Of a stretch of 64,000 bases of DNA, positions 14,087 through 25,064 are shown piece by piece. The notes under the pieces were generated by a model. That model saw nothing but the letters and a program-made list of their open reading frames with translations, ran no database searches and was not told the origin of the DNA. Made by a program: the position numbers and the translations under genes. The stretch comes from Vairimorpha necatrix (Eukaryota): the NCBI GenBank assembly GCA_036630325.1, contig CP142728.1:868001-932000 (forward strand), given 5' to 3'. Within the stretch, counting starts at the first letter, position 1; every line of letters begins with the position of its first letter.

Positions 14087-15675
14087 CTAGAACTCATTAA
14101 TCCCAAGCAGACCTTTTAAATCATAATGCCGCTTTTTCACGATCCTACCATTTTCCAAACTAACTAAGTACGAGTCACCTCCGCAAACTTCCTTGATAAC
14201 ACCATATCCTAAAAACCTTCCTTTCTCATACTTACTACAACCTGATAAGTTCTCTTTCTTCGCTACCCTAACTCTCTGACCTTTATAGAATTTCTCTCTT
14301 TTGCGAGCCACAAACCTCCTACTATAAAATCCTTCAGGTCTATTCTCGATCATAACATGGCCCGTTTCGTCTCTTGAGGCCTCAAACGGTGTACATCTCA
14401 ACCCTTCATGATAGCTGTTATTATAACGCCATATACATCTATTAACCTTGGCTTCAAAATCCACAGCATCATCTTTCAATATTCCTTCTCTTATGGTTCC
14501 TATTACCCTTTCCACTCTTCCATTACTTCTATGACTTTCTACGCTTACTTTCCTATGTAATACATTTTCCTCTGAACACCAATTCCTCATATATTCATTA
14601 CTAAATTCTTTACCGTTGTCAGTAATTATTTCTACCGGTTTCATTCCTGATCCACACAACTGTTTTAAAAATCCTACAACCGAGCTTCCGCGTTTGTCCT
14701 CTATTACTTTTCCCCAAACGATCCTAGTATAATAAACAATCACGACCAACACATATTTCCCTAAATCTCTAAACTCAATCAAATCCAAAGCAACCTTTTC
14801 CAAATAAAATCTTGAACTAACAAAATCACAACCACCACTCTTTTTCCTATTATATATTTGGCAAACTTCACACTTCTTCAAAACATCCTCGATATCCTTC
14901 TTCATACCCGGCCAATAAAATTCAAACTTCATTGCATAGTACACTGATCCTAAACTTCTATGTCCCAAATTTTCATGAGCATTGACAATTAAACCTTCAC
15001 GCAATTCTTTCTTTGGAATCTCCGCTTCTCTACCAGAGTCAAATACCCAAATTTCCTTCCCATCAACAACTTTAACATGCTTGTCCCATTTACCCTGTGC
15101 CTGTTTAATACTTCTCTCCTTATTCATTAGAATTTTCTCATTTTCATGTACCCTACTCAGTGCATCTGCTACAACCATGGTACTAGGCTCTCTATATTCA
15201 ATGCTAAAGTCGAACTCTTGAATCTTTTCAATCCACCTGTTAATTCTATTATTGTTAAATGCTGGTTTATTTCTAATCTCGATCAATGCCTTATGATCAG
15301 TTTCTACCCTAAATCTTCTTCCGCGTAGTTCATATTCAAACTTTTTAATTCCCCAAAAGACTGCATACATCTCCTTCTCACTGATTCCATATCTCGTTTC
15401 CGTAGGCGTAAACTTTTTTGATGCCCACTGTACTGGTACCCAATTACCTTGATCATCTTCCTGCATTAAAACAGCACCCATTCCAACATTACTCGCATCC
15501 GTGCGTAACAAAAATTCCTTATTATAATTAACAATTGCTAAACCTTTTAAATCCCTAATCACTTCCCTTAAACTAATATATTCTTTTTCCATTTCTTCTG
15601 TCCATTTCCAATTACTTCCTCGTCCTTTAAGAGTATCCGTCAACGCCAATGTACGTTTTGCATAATTATCAATAT
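14087..15675 (-). pseudogene. RT connection/RNase H/integrase part of element E pol, cut off from RT by element F
   Basis: LRTDASNVGMGAVL, TDHKAL, HH-CC zinc finger, TDNGKEF, SNGRVER; the ORF-track start at 15739 lies inside the element F LTR. Confidence 0.9.
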
Positions 15676-15718
15676 TGTTGATAATTTTAAATATTTTATA
15701 TGTAACCCCTAATTTTTT

Positions 15719-16362
15719 ATGGAGAATAACAATAAACATATTAACATGGTGGAGAATGAGATAGAACCCATGAATACAGAGATTAGTAGAGATAACATTA
15801 TAAATGAGATACGAAGGTTTGAGTTAATGTCCTTTTTTAAGAATATGGAGGACGAGAGAAAGATTGAGTGGATTATGAGTAGAGCCAGTTACGATTTAAT
15901 CGACTGGCACTACGAGATTATTGTGGGTCATAAAAAAATGACCTTTGTGAAATGGAGACAGTTGGCTTTAGAAGAATTCGGAAATAAAACATTGTCTATA
16001 GCAAAACTGCACCGAATGAAGCAGGACAAAGATGAAAGCATTAAACGATATATCATGAATGTAAAGTCTTCTTCACGGATATTTAAACTTAAAGAAGAAG
16101 AAGAAGTAATTGAAATTATTACAGGTGGATAAGAGATGAACTTGGAAGAGTAAAAAATTTTTTGGAAATTAGTGGATCTTTGGATGAAAAAATTATTGAT
16201 AAGTTGACAATCATAGAAGAAGAATGTTTGGAAGAAAATAAGAGAAAACAAGAAATGCAAGATTTACTGAAGAAACTTGAAAGTTTAAAAATCGAAACTA
16301 CTAAACAAACCATTTAATGTTACAACTGTCAAAAATTAGGACATATTGCAAGAAACTGTCGT
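15719..16362 (+). pseudogene. gag of element F (frameshift near 16130, in-frame stop near 16315)
   Basis: ATG inside the LTR; CYNCQKLGHIARNC zinc knuckle at ~16318-16360 in frame with pol. Confidence 0.8.
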
Positions 16363-19071
16363 ATGGGAACCAATTATAATCAACAGGGAAGTAAGAAAGT
16401 GAATGAAATAAGCACCGAATTATCAGACATTATTAAAAATAAAGAAAATTCAGTTTATTTTTATGGACAAGAGGTTCCTGTTACTTTTGACACTGGATCA
16501 ACGTACAACTTTATCAGTAACGCGGTAGCTGAAAAGTTTAATCTACCATTTCAATGGAATTCTAAAGAAATGATATTTAGGACCTGCCTTGAAGAGCCTT
16601 TTATTGTAAACAAACATACATTTATTGATTTGACGTATAAAGACCAAGTTTATCGTTTTAAATTTTTTATTTTACCCAAAGTGAGAATCGAGAAAGTATT
16701 GATCGGGAAAAATGGGATGAGGGAGATGATGAAAATAGATGATGAAGGATATGTGTGTGAAATCAAAACGGAACCAGGCAAAAAAGTTGTAGAACCCGTA
16801 TATACATTGTCGAAGAACATGGAAGAAGGCGTTGGAATGGCGATTCAGAAGCTTTTAAGCAAGGGATACATTCAGGAGTCTAAGTCTACGTGGCTTAATA
16901 ATATTCGGCCGGTAATAAAACCAGATGGTTCCATTCGAGTGACTACAAATTTAGTGGCGTTAAATAAACTAGTTGAACTTGACAGATATTCCCTCCCCAG
17001 AATAGACGAGATTTTATGTAATTTGCGTGGAATGAAATTTTTTTCAAAATTAGACCTGGAAGATGGTTTTTTTCAAATTAAATTGTTGGAAAGAGACAGA
17101 TTTAAAACAGCATTTAGATTTAAACATAGACTATACGAGTGGAAGGTAATGCCTCAAGGATATAAAAATTCTCCCGCAATATTCCAAAGGTTCATGGATT
17201 TTGCACTTAAAGAAGAAATAGGAAAGAGTTGTTTCTGTTACGTGGATGATATTTTAATTTTTGGCAGAAATGAAAAGGAACACGATGAGGCATATAAAAG
17301 AATTAGAGAAGCTTTGGATAGAAACAAGCTTAAAATAAATGAAGAAAAATCTAGTTTTAAACAGCGTGAAATCGACTTTTTAGGACATCATATAGAAGAA
17401 AATAGGATACTACCATTAGTTGATAAGTTACAAGGAATAGAAGATTTAAAATCACCAAAGGATAAGCAACAGCTACAGGAATTTTTAGGAACAATTAACT
17501 ACTATAGAAGATTTATTAAAGACTGCTCCGGTATATGTAGTCCACTGTATGAATTATTAAAAGACAAGAAACAGTTCATTTGGACAGAGGAAGAAGAGAA
17601 ACTTTTTAGGAAGATCAAAGAGATTCTCAAAATGAACACAGGATTATTCCAGCCAGATTATACTAAAGATTTTATTTTGACAACGGACGCTTCTAAGTAT
17701 GGAATCGCGGCAGTACTTAGTCAAATTATTGATAAAAAGGAGATACCCATTGCGTTTGCTTCTAGGAAACAAAAAGACCATGAAATTAATTATGGTATTA
17801 GTGAAAAAGAGTGTTTGGCTATGTTATGGGGCATGGAAAATTTTAATTACTTTTTATATGGAGCGAACTTTGAGGTAATAACAGATCATAAAGCATTAGA
17901 AGTGCTTAATAAAGGTGAAATTAACTCCCCGAGAATTCAAAGATGGTTAGATAGAATGTCTAGATATTGCTTTAAAGTTACGTACAGGCAGGGCAAAGAC
18001 ATACCTCACGTAGATTGTTTAAGCAGAAATTTTGATTTCGTTGAAAATGAGGAAATAAAGGATGATAATAAACAAATAGAGGAAGACAAAGAATACAGGA
18101 AGAATATTGAAAATAAAAATAACGAAGAAGAAGAAATTGAATTTAAGAAGATTAGGGTCGAAGAAAAAGAAATTGTGCGAGCTATTCATTTAGAACTATT
18201 ACATAGAGGAAAACAATCATTAGAGTATGAAATTAGAAAAAGAGGACTCAAAATTAAAAATGTAGAAAAGCTAGTTAAAGAAGTAGTAAATGAATGTGAA
18301 ATATGTTGTCAATACAATTCAAAAAAGAAAAAAAAGTTTATTTTTGTTACGGCATTCGAAAGAGGAGAAAAGGTTGCGGTGGATATAATAGGCCCAATAG
18401 GAAAGCAATATATCATATCAGCAATTGATTATTTTACTAGAGAAGGTTTTGCAAAAGTTCTTAGTTCAAGAAACGATGAAAAGGTAGTAAGTTTTATAGA
18501 AGATGTCAACGAAAAGGTCAAGATAAAAACACTTATATTAGATCAGTCAAAAGAAAATTTAAGTTCAAAGGTCGTCAACTTTTGTAAGCATCATAATATT
18601 GAGTTACATTATACCTCTCCCTACCATCACCAATCCAATGGTAGAGTAGAGAGATTTAATAGGACACTACAAGATCTAATATTTAAGAATAAGGAAGACA
18701 GTTTTTTAAAAACGAAGTTAAAAAGAGCTATAGAGATTTACAACAACACGTTTCATACTGGAATCTTAATGACACCCCAAGAAGCAACCTTGTTAAATGT
18801 ACAAGACAAACTAAGACAGATTCAAATGGAAAATATAATAAAATACAATAAAAAGAATGGAAAAGGTGAGCAAGAACATTTTTTTAGACCAGGGGAGGTT
18901 GTGCTAATCAGACAAGAAGGAAATAGAGGAAAAGGTAGCCCTAAGTTTAAGGTTCGAGGATGTGTTTATAAAGCTTTAAAAAATAATGCGTTTATAATCA
19001 AGATAGGAAAAAAGAAAATAAAAAGACACGCTTCTCAGTTAAAGCTTTTAGTTGATGAGCCAATTTTGTAG
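16363..19071 (+). CDS. Pol polyprotein (protease-RT-RNase H-integrase) of element F, open throughout
   Basis: FDTGSTYNFIS, MPQGYKNSPAIFQ, YVDD, TTDASKYG, TDHKAL, HH-CC, SNGRVERFNRT. Confidence 0.92.
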   Translation: MGTNYNQQGSKKVNEISTELSDIIKNKENSVYFYGQEVPVTFDTGSTYNFISNAVAEKFNLPFQWNSKEMIFRTCLEEPFIVNKHTFIDLTYKDQVYRFKFFILPKVRIEKVLIGKNGMREMMKIDDEGYVCEIKTEPGKKVVEPVYTLSKNMEEGVGMAIQKLLSKGYIQESKSTWLNNIRPVIKPDGSIRVTTNLVALNKLVELDRYSLPRIDEILCNLRGMKFFSKLDLEDGFFQIKLLERDRFKTAFRFKHRLYEWKVMPQGYKNSPAIFQRFMDFALKEEIGKSCFCYVDDILIFGRNEKEHDEAYKRIREALDRNKLKINEEKSSFKQREIDFLGHHIEENRILPLVDKLQGIEDLKSPKDKQQLQEFLGTINYYRRFIKDCSGICSPLYELLKDKKQFIWTEEEEKLFRKIKEILKMNTGLFQPDYTKDFILTTDASKYGIAAVLSQIIDKKEIPIAFASRKQKDHEINYGISEKECLAMLWGMENFNYFLYGANFEVITDHKALEVLNKGEINSPRIQRWLDRMSRYCFKVTYRQGKDIPHVDCLSRNFDFVENEEIKDDNKQIEEDKEYRKNIENKNNEEEEIEFKKIRVEEKEIVRAIHLELLHRGKQSLEYEIRKRGLKIKNVEKLVKEVVNECEICCQYNSKKKKKFIFVTAFERGEKVAVDIIGPIGKQYIISAIDYFTREGFAKVLSSRNDEKVVSFIEDVNEKVKIKTLILDQSKENLSSKVVNFCKHHNIELHYTSPYHHQSNGRVERFNRTLQDLIFKNKEDSFLKTKLKRAIEIYNNTFHTGILMTPQEATLLNVQDKLRQIQMENIIKYNKKNGKGEQEHFFRPGEVVLIRQEGNRGKGSPKFKVRGCVYKALKNNAFIIKIGKKKIKRHASQLKLLVDEPIL

Positions 19072-19149
19072 AGGGGGATGTTGATAATTTTAAATATTTT
19101 ATATGTAACCCCTAATTTTTTATGGAGAATAACAATAAACATATTAACA

Positions 19150-21873
19150 AATATGATTTCTAAACCATCCAGCCAGCCCAAGAAACTTCCTAACATCTGA
19201 TACACACTACGGTTTGGGAAATTCTAACGCTTCATTTTGCTTTATTTCAGATGGCAGTATCTCCTTGCCATTAACTGTTACTCCTAACAACATCACCTAT
19301 CGTTTACATAATTGTACCTTAGCCAAATTAATTTTCATATTATTCTCCTCTAATATATCCACAGCCTCTTTCAACAATTTGTCGTGACCCTCTCTTGTCT
19401 TACTATGAATCACAATATCGTCCATATAAATTTCGATTCCCTTACCAATAAATTTTTCAAAAATCCCATTCATTATTCTTTGTAATATCTGCGGAGAGTT
19501 TTTAAACCCCATGACCATCGAATTCCACTCGTATACCTTTTTATTAAACTCAAAAGCCGTCTTAAACCTATCCTTCTCTTCAATCTCAATACTATAAAAC
19601 CCCTCCTTTAGATCTATCACGGTAAAAAATTCAGATCCCTGTGTACTTCCAATAACATCTCTTATCCTAGTTAACTCATAAGGGTCCTTCTCTACAATGT
19701 CATTAAGAGCAATTAAATTACTTACTAATCTTATATCACCATTCGGTTTCTCAATCGCTCTAATGGGATTTCTCCAGTCAGATGTCGACCTTCTAATTAT
19801 CTTTCTTCTTTCCAAACTATTAATATAATCTTCCGTCTTCTTCAACAAAGCCTGAGCTATAGCCTGCCCTTTTTAACAACTTTCTTGCCTTCTTGAGTCT
19901 TGATAATACATTTTTCAACCTTACAAAAACTAATATCTTCATCCTCTCTTCCTCCTACCCGTGAAATAATCTCCTCTAAATACGCGATGCCTCTTACATC
20001 CCTTCTCAACAGAACTCTCTTATTATTGTCCCTTTTGCTATAATCTTGTATATCCCCTAAATTTTTCTTCTTACGTTTTCCACCATCAACATTATAATAA
20101 TCACATTTGTCCGAATTGGAATCGTCATCACATTTACCCTCTAAGTCTAATTGCACTTTACGGTTAAGTTCTCGACTTACCCCCCCCCTCCCCTAAAAAA
20201 AATAAAAAAAGGGGAAAAAATAAAAAAAAATAAAAAAAGGGGAAAAAATAAAAAACGTTTAATTCTCGACTTAACCCCCCCCTTACCCCCCCCCAAAAAA
20301 AAAAAAAAACAAAAAAAATTATTCCACAATTGTAAAGTCTATTTCAGGGATAATATCATATGCTAAAATGCTAAAATTACTTATTTCAAAAAATTCTAAC
20401 ATTTTATCTAATAGTTTTTTACTAATATTAATTTGAATCTATTAGTGTAAATCTTTCTTACAAGATTCATAATAGTACCATGACTAGTTCCGCCTTTTCT
20501 TAGTTCTCTTTTAAGAACCGACCACATTCCCTCTATAGTCTGAGTATGCGCACCAGTTATATTATCAACAAAATTTTGGCTGTGATTCACAGTCAAATGT
20601 AGATACTCATATTCTACACAGATTGTTTGAATATCACTATATCCACGCCAACAATCTGTCACAATTGTGGTCCCCGGAGCAATTTTCCTTGTAATTAATT
20701 CAACAAGAGTAGCTCTTGTTCTATTTTCTACGATCTCAAAGAAAAAAGAATTTGCATCCCCTCTCACAACGCCTCCAACTGCCCATACTTGATATTGAAG
20801 AACCCTTCCCGCATGGTTTTTACTTTTTACAAGTAAAGTTTCATCAATTTCAAAAATACAACCGACGCCGCCAATCGTTTGATTGTTTATATATGTTGAA
20901 TAAGAGACGTACACGGCGTTATTAAAACGCGTAAACCAACCATCTTGATACCGTACATTTACCTATATCAAGTTCTAACGTGGCGGCCAAATTACTTGAA
21001 CCCTTTACCCATTCGCAAAGCAATATAAAAAGATCCTCAATAGGCAATTTTGAGTTCTTAAAAACGCTTTGTTTCATTATGGTTCCTTTGTTAGAACATT
21101 TTTTACCATCACGTCTTGAATAACAACGATAGTTTTCAGTGTTGGTCCGATTTTGAGTCATTGGTATATTGCATTTATTGCACATAGGGACCCTCAAAAT
21201 GTTTTTTGCAATTAAAAATTGCATTAACTCATTTTTTTTATAGATGAGTTTTCTAAATTCTTTAATTCTCATTATGGATCAAATTTTTTATTTTTTTTTA
21301 TTTTTTCCCCTTTTTTTATTTTTTTTTATTTTTTCCCCTTTTTTATTTTTTTTAGGGGTGGGGGGGGGGGTAAGTCGAGAACTTAACCCACTTTACATTT
21401 ACCAACATAATTAAAACTACTTTTATTTCTTCTGTCTTCAGAATCTCGCCTCATTCCCCTACAAAATCTAACACTATGGCCTAACTTCCCACAATTGTAG
21501 CAACGCATATTCTTTTTATTTTCCTCACGAGACAACTTATTCTTCTCCTCAAATTTAGCCCATAACGCTAGGGACAACTCTTCAAATTCTTTTTTTCTCA
21601 CTTGTTCCTTTTCCTCCTGAATAGCTAGCAACTCTAATTTTTCCTCAATTTCCTTCCAACTACCCTCTTGCGAGATCCTCTCAACAATAAAATTTCTCAA
21701 TAAAATAGAACCTCTCTTAAAAATTTCTAATTTAAATCCACACTCATCAATTTTCTCTAAAAACAACTCATAAACAATCCTTTTAACCTCTTTTAATAAT
21801 ATTCTAGCCTCTTGGCTACGGTCCTCCTTTGTAGACCCATTTTCTGGTATCGCCCCATGTGTTTATTTTCCAT
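19150..21873 (-). pseudogene. gag and RT part of element E, interrupted by a Merlin element
   Basis: CYNCGKLGHSVRFC (21383 ORF); MVMGFKNSPQILQ and YMDD (19297 ORF). Confidence 0.85.
20162..21388 (-). mobile_element. Merlin (IS1016/ISXO2-like) DNA transposon, frameshifted transposase (20408-21272)
   Basis: TIR GGTTAAGTTCTCGACTTACCCC, 8-bp TSD CACTTTAC, near-identical to 41292-42512. Confidence 0.95.
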
Positions 21874-23084
21874 AATGAGGGGTAAAAATAATAAGGATAT
21901 ATAACATAATATCTGCAATATGTGAATTTTTTTGTTGTAATTTTAGATTTAGTTTGTTAAATTACATTGTGATATCCGCTAAAAATCCAAGATCTAATAG
22001 CCAACTTTTGTTTTCTAATTCTATATAATTTTTATTTCTCATTGCAAAAAAATCCTTTATTTGAGGTAAAAGCTTATTAGAGCGTTCAAGAACTTTGCCT
22101 CGGCTAAGCCATCTCACTTCTGTATGAAGAACTAAATCTTTAAAATCTGCGTTTTCTTCTTCCATAAGCAGTTTAAACAGCCTATGTTAAGTTGCTTTGG
22201 CTCTTATTGAATTTATAATTTTAGTAACAATTAATAAAATATGATTAAAATTAACACTTTTTGAAAATTAAACTTGTTGATGAATTATACAGTGATATGA
22301 AAAAAAAAACTTGGGAAACAAAAAATCTTTTCTACATAAACAAATAAATCCGTTTTCTTTTCCGACCATTGCTCGTGCACCATCAGTAGTAATAGAAGAA
22401 AATTTTGAAGTGATATATTTTTATCGACAATAAATTTTTTAAATAGAAAAAAAAATGTCTTTTCCCGTTGTACGAGCAATTAAAGGTAGAATTTTCAAAA
22501 ATTCCTCTTTAGTTTAAAAGTCATTAAATACCATTTTTATAGAAACAATTAGTTGTGCTGTGTCAACTACATCGGTAGATTCATCAAGCTGAAAGAGAAA
22601 TACATACAATTTCTTAAGTCTTTATCTAATTCTGATTCTAAATTTTTAGCAATTAATTTTATTCTTCTTGATGCAGTTCTAGCTGATTACTGCGACATAT
22701 TAATAGCTTTTAAAATTTCTGTCTTGTTTTCAAATTCTTTAAAAAGAGAATCCGCCGCCGTTATCATAGCCTCTTTTATAATTTCTGCATCAAAAAAGGG
22801 TTTTTTTCTTAGCCAACAGATGTGCAACTTTTATTGAAGCTACAGTGGCCGCCTTCGAAAGCTCTTTTGGCTTTGTAAAATATCTCTGCTGTTTTACGAT
22901 TGCTGATTTAAAAGATATCAACTTACTTTTTCGCAGTTTGGACTTCAGTGGGTATTCAATATTTTTATTTTCATGCAAACCTTTAAAGTGTCGTTCTAAG
23001 TTACTTTTTTGCATATTGCAATGCTTTTGTCGCACAATAAACAAATACACCTACCTTGAAATTCTATAAAGAAAAAATCTATTT

Positions 23085-25064
23085 AGCTAAATTGCACTAT
23101 AGGAATATTTTTTGAACTAGGGTTTTTTTATTTTTTTGCCTCTTTTTTTAAAAAATGGAGGAAGAAAGATGGAGAGGAAAAAAGAAAATTAACAAGTAGA
23201 ATAAAAGTTTTAATAAAGCAGCAAAGACTGAAATAGAAGAATTTCTTTGGAGCATATACCTAAACAGATAAAGTTTTGTACTATCGACTGTTCTGCTTCT
23301 ATTAGGTATAGAATTTTTAGCGAACGCCAATTGCCTTCTATGGTATTGGTATGAACTCCCGTGATTGGGTCTCTAAAGTGTAATGTATGATTAACCATAT
23401 GGTGTTGGCTAAATAAAGTACCTAAAGAATTATAGGCTCTCCTCATGTCACTATGTATGATACTTTTTGTGTTTACATATTTTAATAAAGTTTTGTTAGA
23501 GTTTCATTATCCCTTTTTGATGTGTACAAGTATTATTTTACGTTCCAATGTACGTTCGGTCATTCCAAAACACGGCTAAAGTAAGCATTAGCTACAAAAA
23601 ATCGATATAGGGTTTTTTTGTTTTTTTTTTGCCCCTTTTTTTTAAAAATGGAGGAAAGAATTCGGACAAGAGAAGAATTGGAGATCATATATAATGATCT
23701 AATAATTAAGAAAAAAAATAAAAAATGTAGCGTCTGTAATCAAAAAAAAATGAAGCAAAGAAGTCTCATAAGGTGTCCATTAAGCTCATGTAAAAACACA
23801 ATTTCAATTTGGAATGAAACTTTATTTCAGGATTCTAGGCTAAATCATATCAAAATATTACAAATACTAAATTTATGGATTCTAGGTTATACACGTAAGT
23901 CCATTTCTCATGTCTTAGGTTGTACTAAACCTTCAATATCTTCCGTGCTAAAAAGTTAAAACAAATGAGTCTTTATGATAAGTATTTATCTAATATAGTG
24001 ACTAATGGAGGCGATAATACTATAGTGGAAATTGATGAGACTAATATTGGGAAGAATAAATACAATAGGGGAAGTTAGTAAAAGGATGTTGGTGTTTTGG
24101 AATGGTTGAACGTACCATCCAACGTAGAATCATAGTAGTATATATCAAGAAAAGAGACAAAAGAACACTTACTGAACTTCTTTTAAAATATGTAAGTAGA
24201 AGCAGTATTATATATAGCTATATGTGGAGAGAGTATCATTCTTTAAATACAATATTTAACCAACATCATATGGTTAATCATACATTACATTTAGAGATCC
24301 GAATACAGGAGTACATACCAATACCATAGAAGGTAATTTGAGATCTCTAAAACATTCTATACCAAATAGAAACAGATCATCGAATAGCTAAACTTTATTT
24401 ATTAAGATATATGATCCATATAAACTTTACAACTCCAGTGTTTGAAGCTTTATTTAAATATTTATTCTAGTTTTTATTTTTGTTCCTTCCTCATCATTTT
24501 CTTTCCTCCATTTTTTAAAAAAAGGGGCAAACAAAACACCAAAATCCTTTCACTAGCTTGCCTCTGTGGTTATATTTTTTCCTATCTTCGTCTCATCAAT
24601 TTCTACTATTATGTCCTCTCCGCCAATAATGGTCATTGATGACAAATACTTATCGTAAATGTTCATTTCTTTTAGTTTTTTTAATACTGTAGATATAGTT
24701 TTTTTCGAACAATGTAAAATTTGACAAATATACTTACTGGGATAACCAAGAATCCACAGATTAAGTATTTGTAATGGTAGTAAATGACAAGGTAAGAATT
24801 TTTAAAGAAAGAGTCATGCCAAATAGAAACTGTCTTTCGACATCCCTTCAAAGTACAAGTTAATAAATACTCTTTTTTACTTACTTTACGTATTTTACCT
24901 CCACTTTGATCACAAATATTTATTGTTTTTTCTCTTATCAGTTCATTATATATAGTTTTTAATTCTTCTCTTGTTTTGATTCCTTCCTCCATTTTTCAAA
25001 AAAAAGGGGCAAAAAAAATAAAAAAACCCTAGTTCAAAAAATATTCCTATAGTGCACTTTAGCC
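23085..25064 (-). mobile_element. Merlin DNA transposon, degenerate
   Basis: TIR (G/A)GCTAAA(G/T)TGCACTATAGGAATATTTTTTGAACTAGGG, TSD ATCTATTT, VNH..HTNTIEGNW motif. Confidence 0.9.
23574..24531 (+). mobile_element. Merlin DNA transposon nested in a related Merlin, right TIR truncated
   Basis: Starts GGCTAAAG; CAAAACAC at 23566-23573 and 24532-24539; VEIDE and MVERT/VNH motifs. Confidence 0.82.

Larger units (their letters stand above)
15676..19149 (+). mobile_element. Compact Ty3/gypsy element F (3474 bp) with 71-bp LTRs
   Basis: Identical LTRs 15676-15746 and 19079-19149, TSD AATAT, PBS TGGTGGAGAATG, PPT AGAGGGGGA. Confidence 0.95.
14011..21906 (-). mobile_element. Ty3/gypsy element E with 49-bp LTRs
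   Basis: Identical LTRs 14011-14059 and 21858-21906, TSD TAATA, PBS TGGGGCGATACC, PPT GGAGGGGGGA. Confidence 0.93.
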
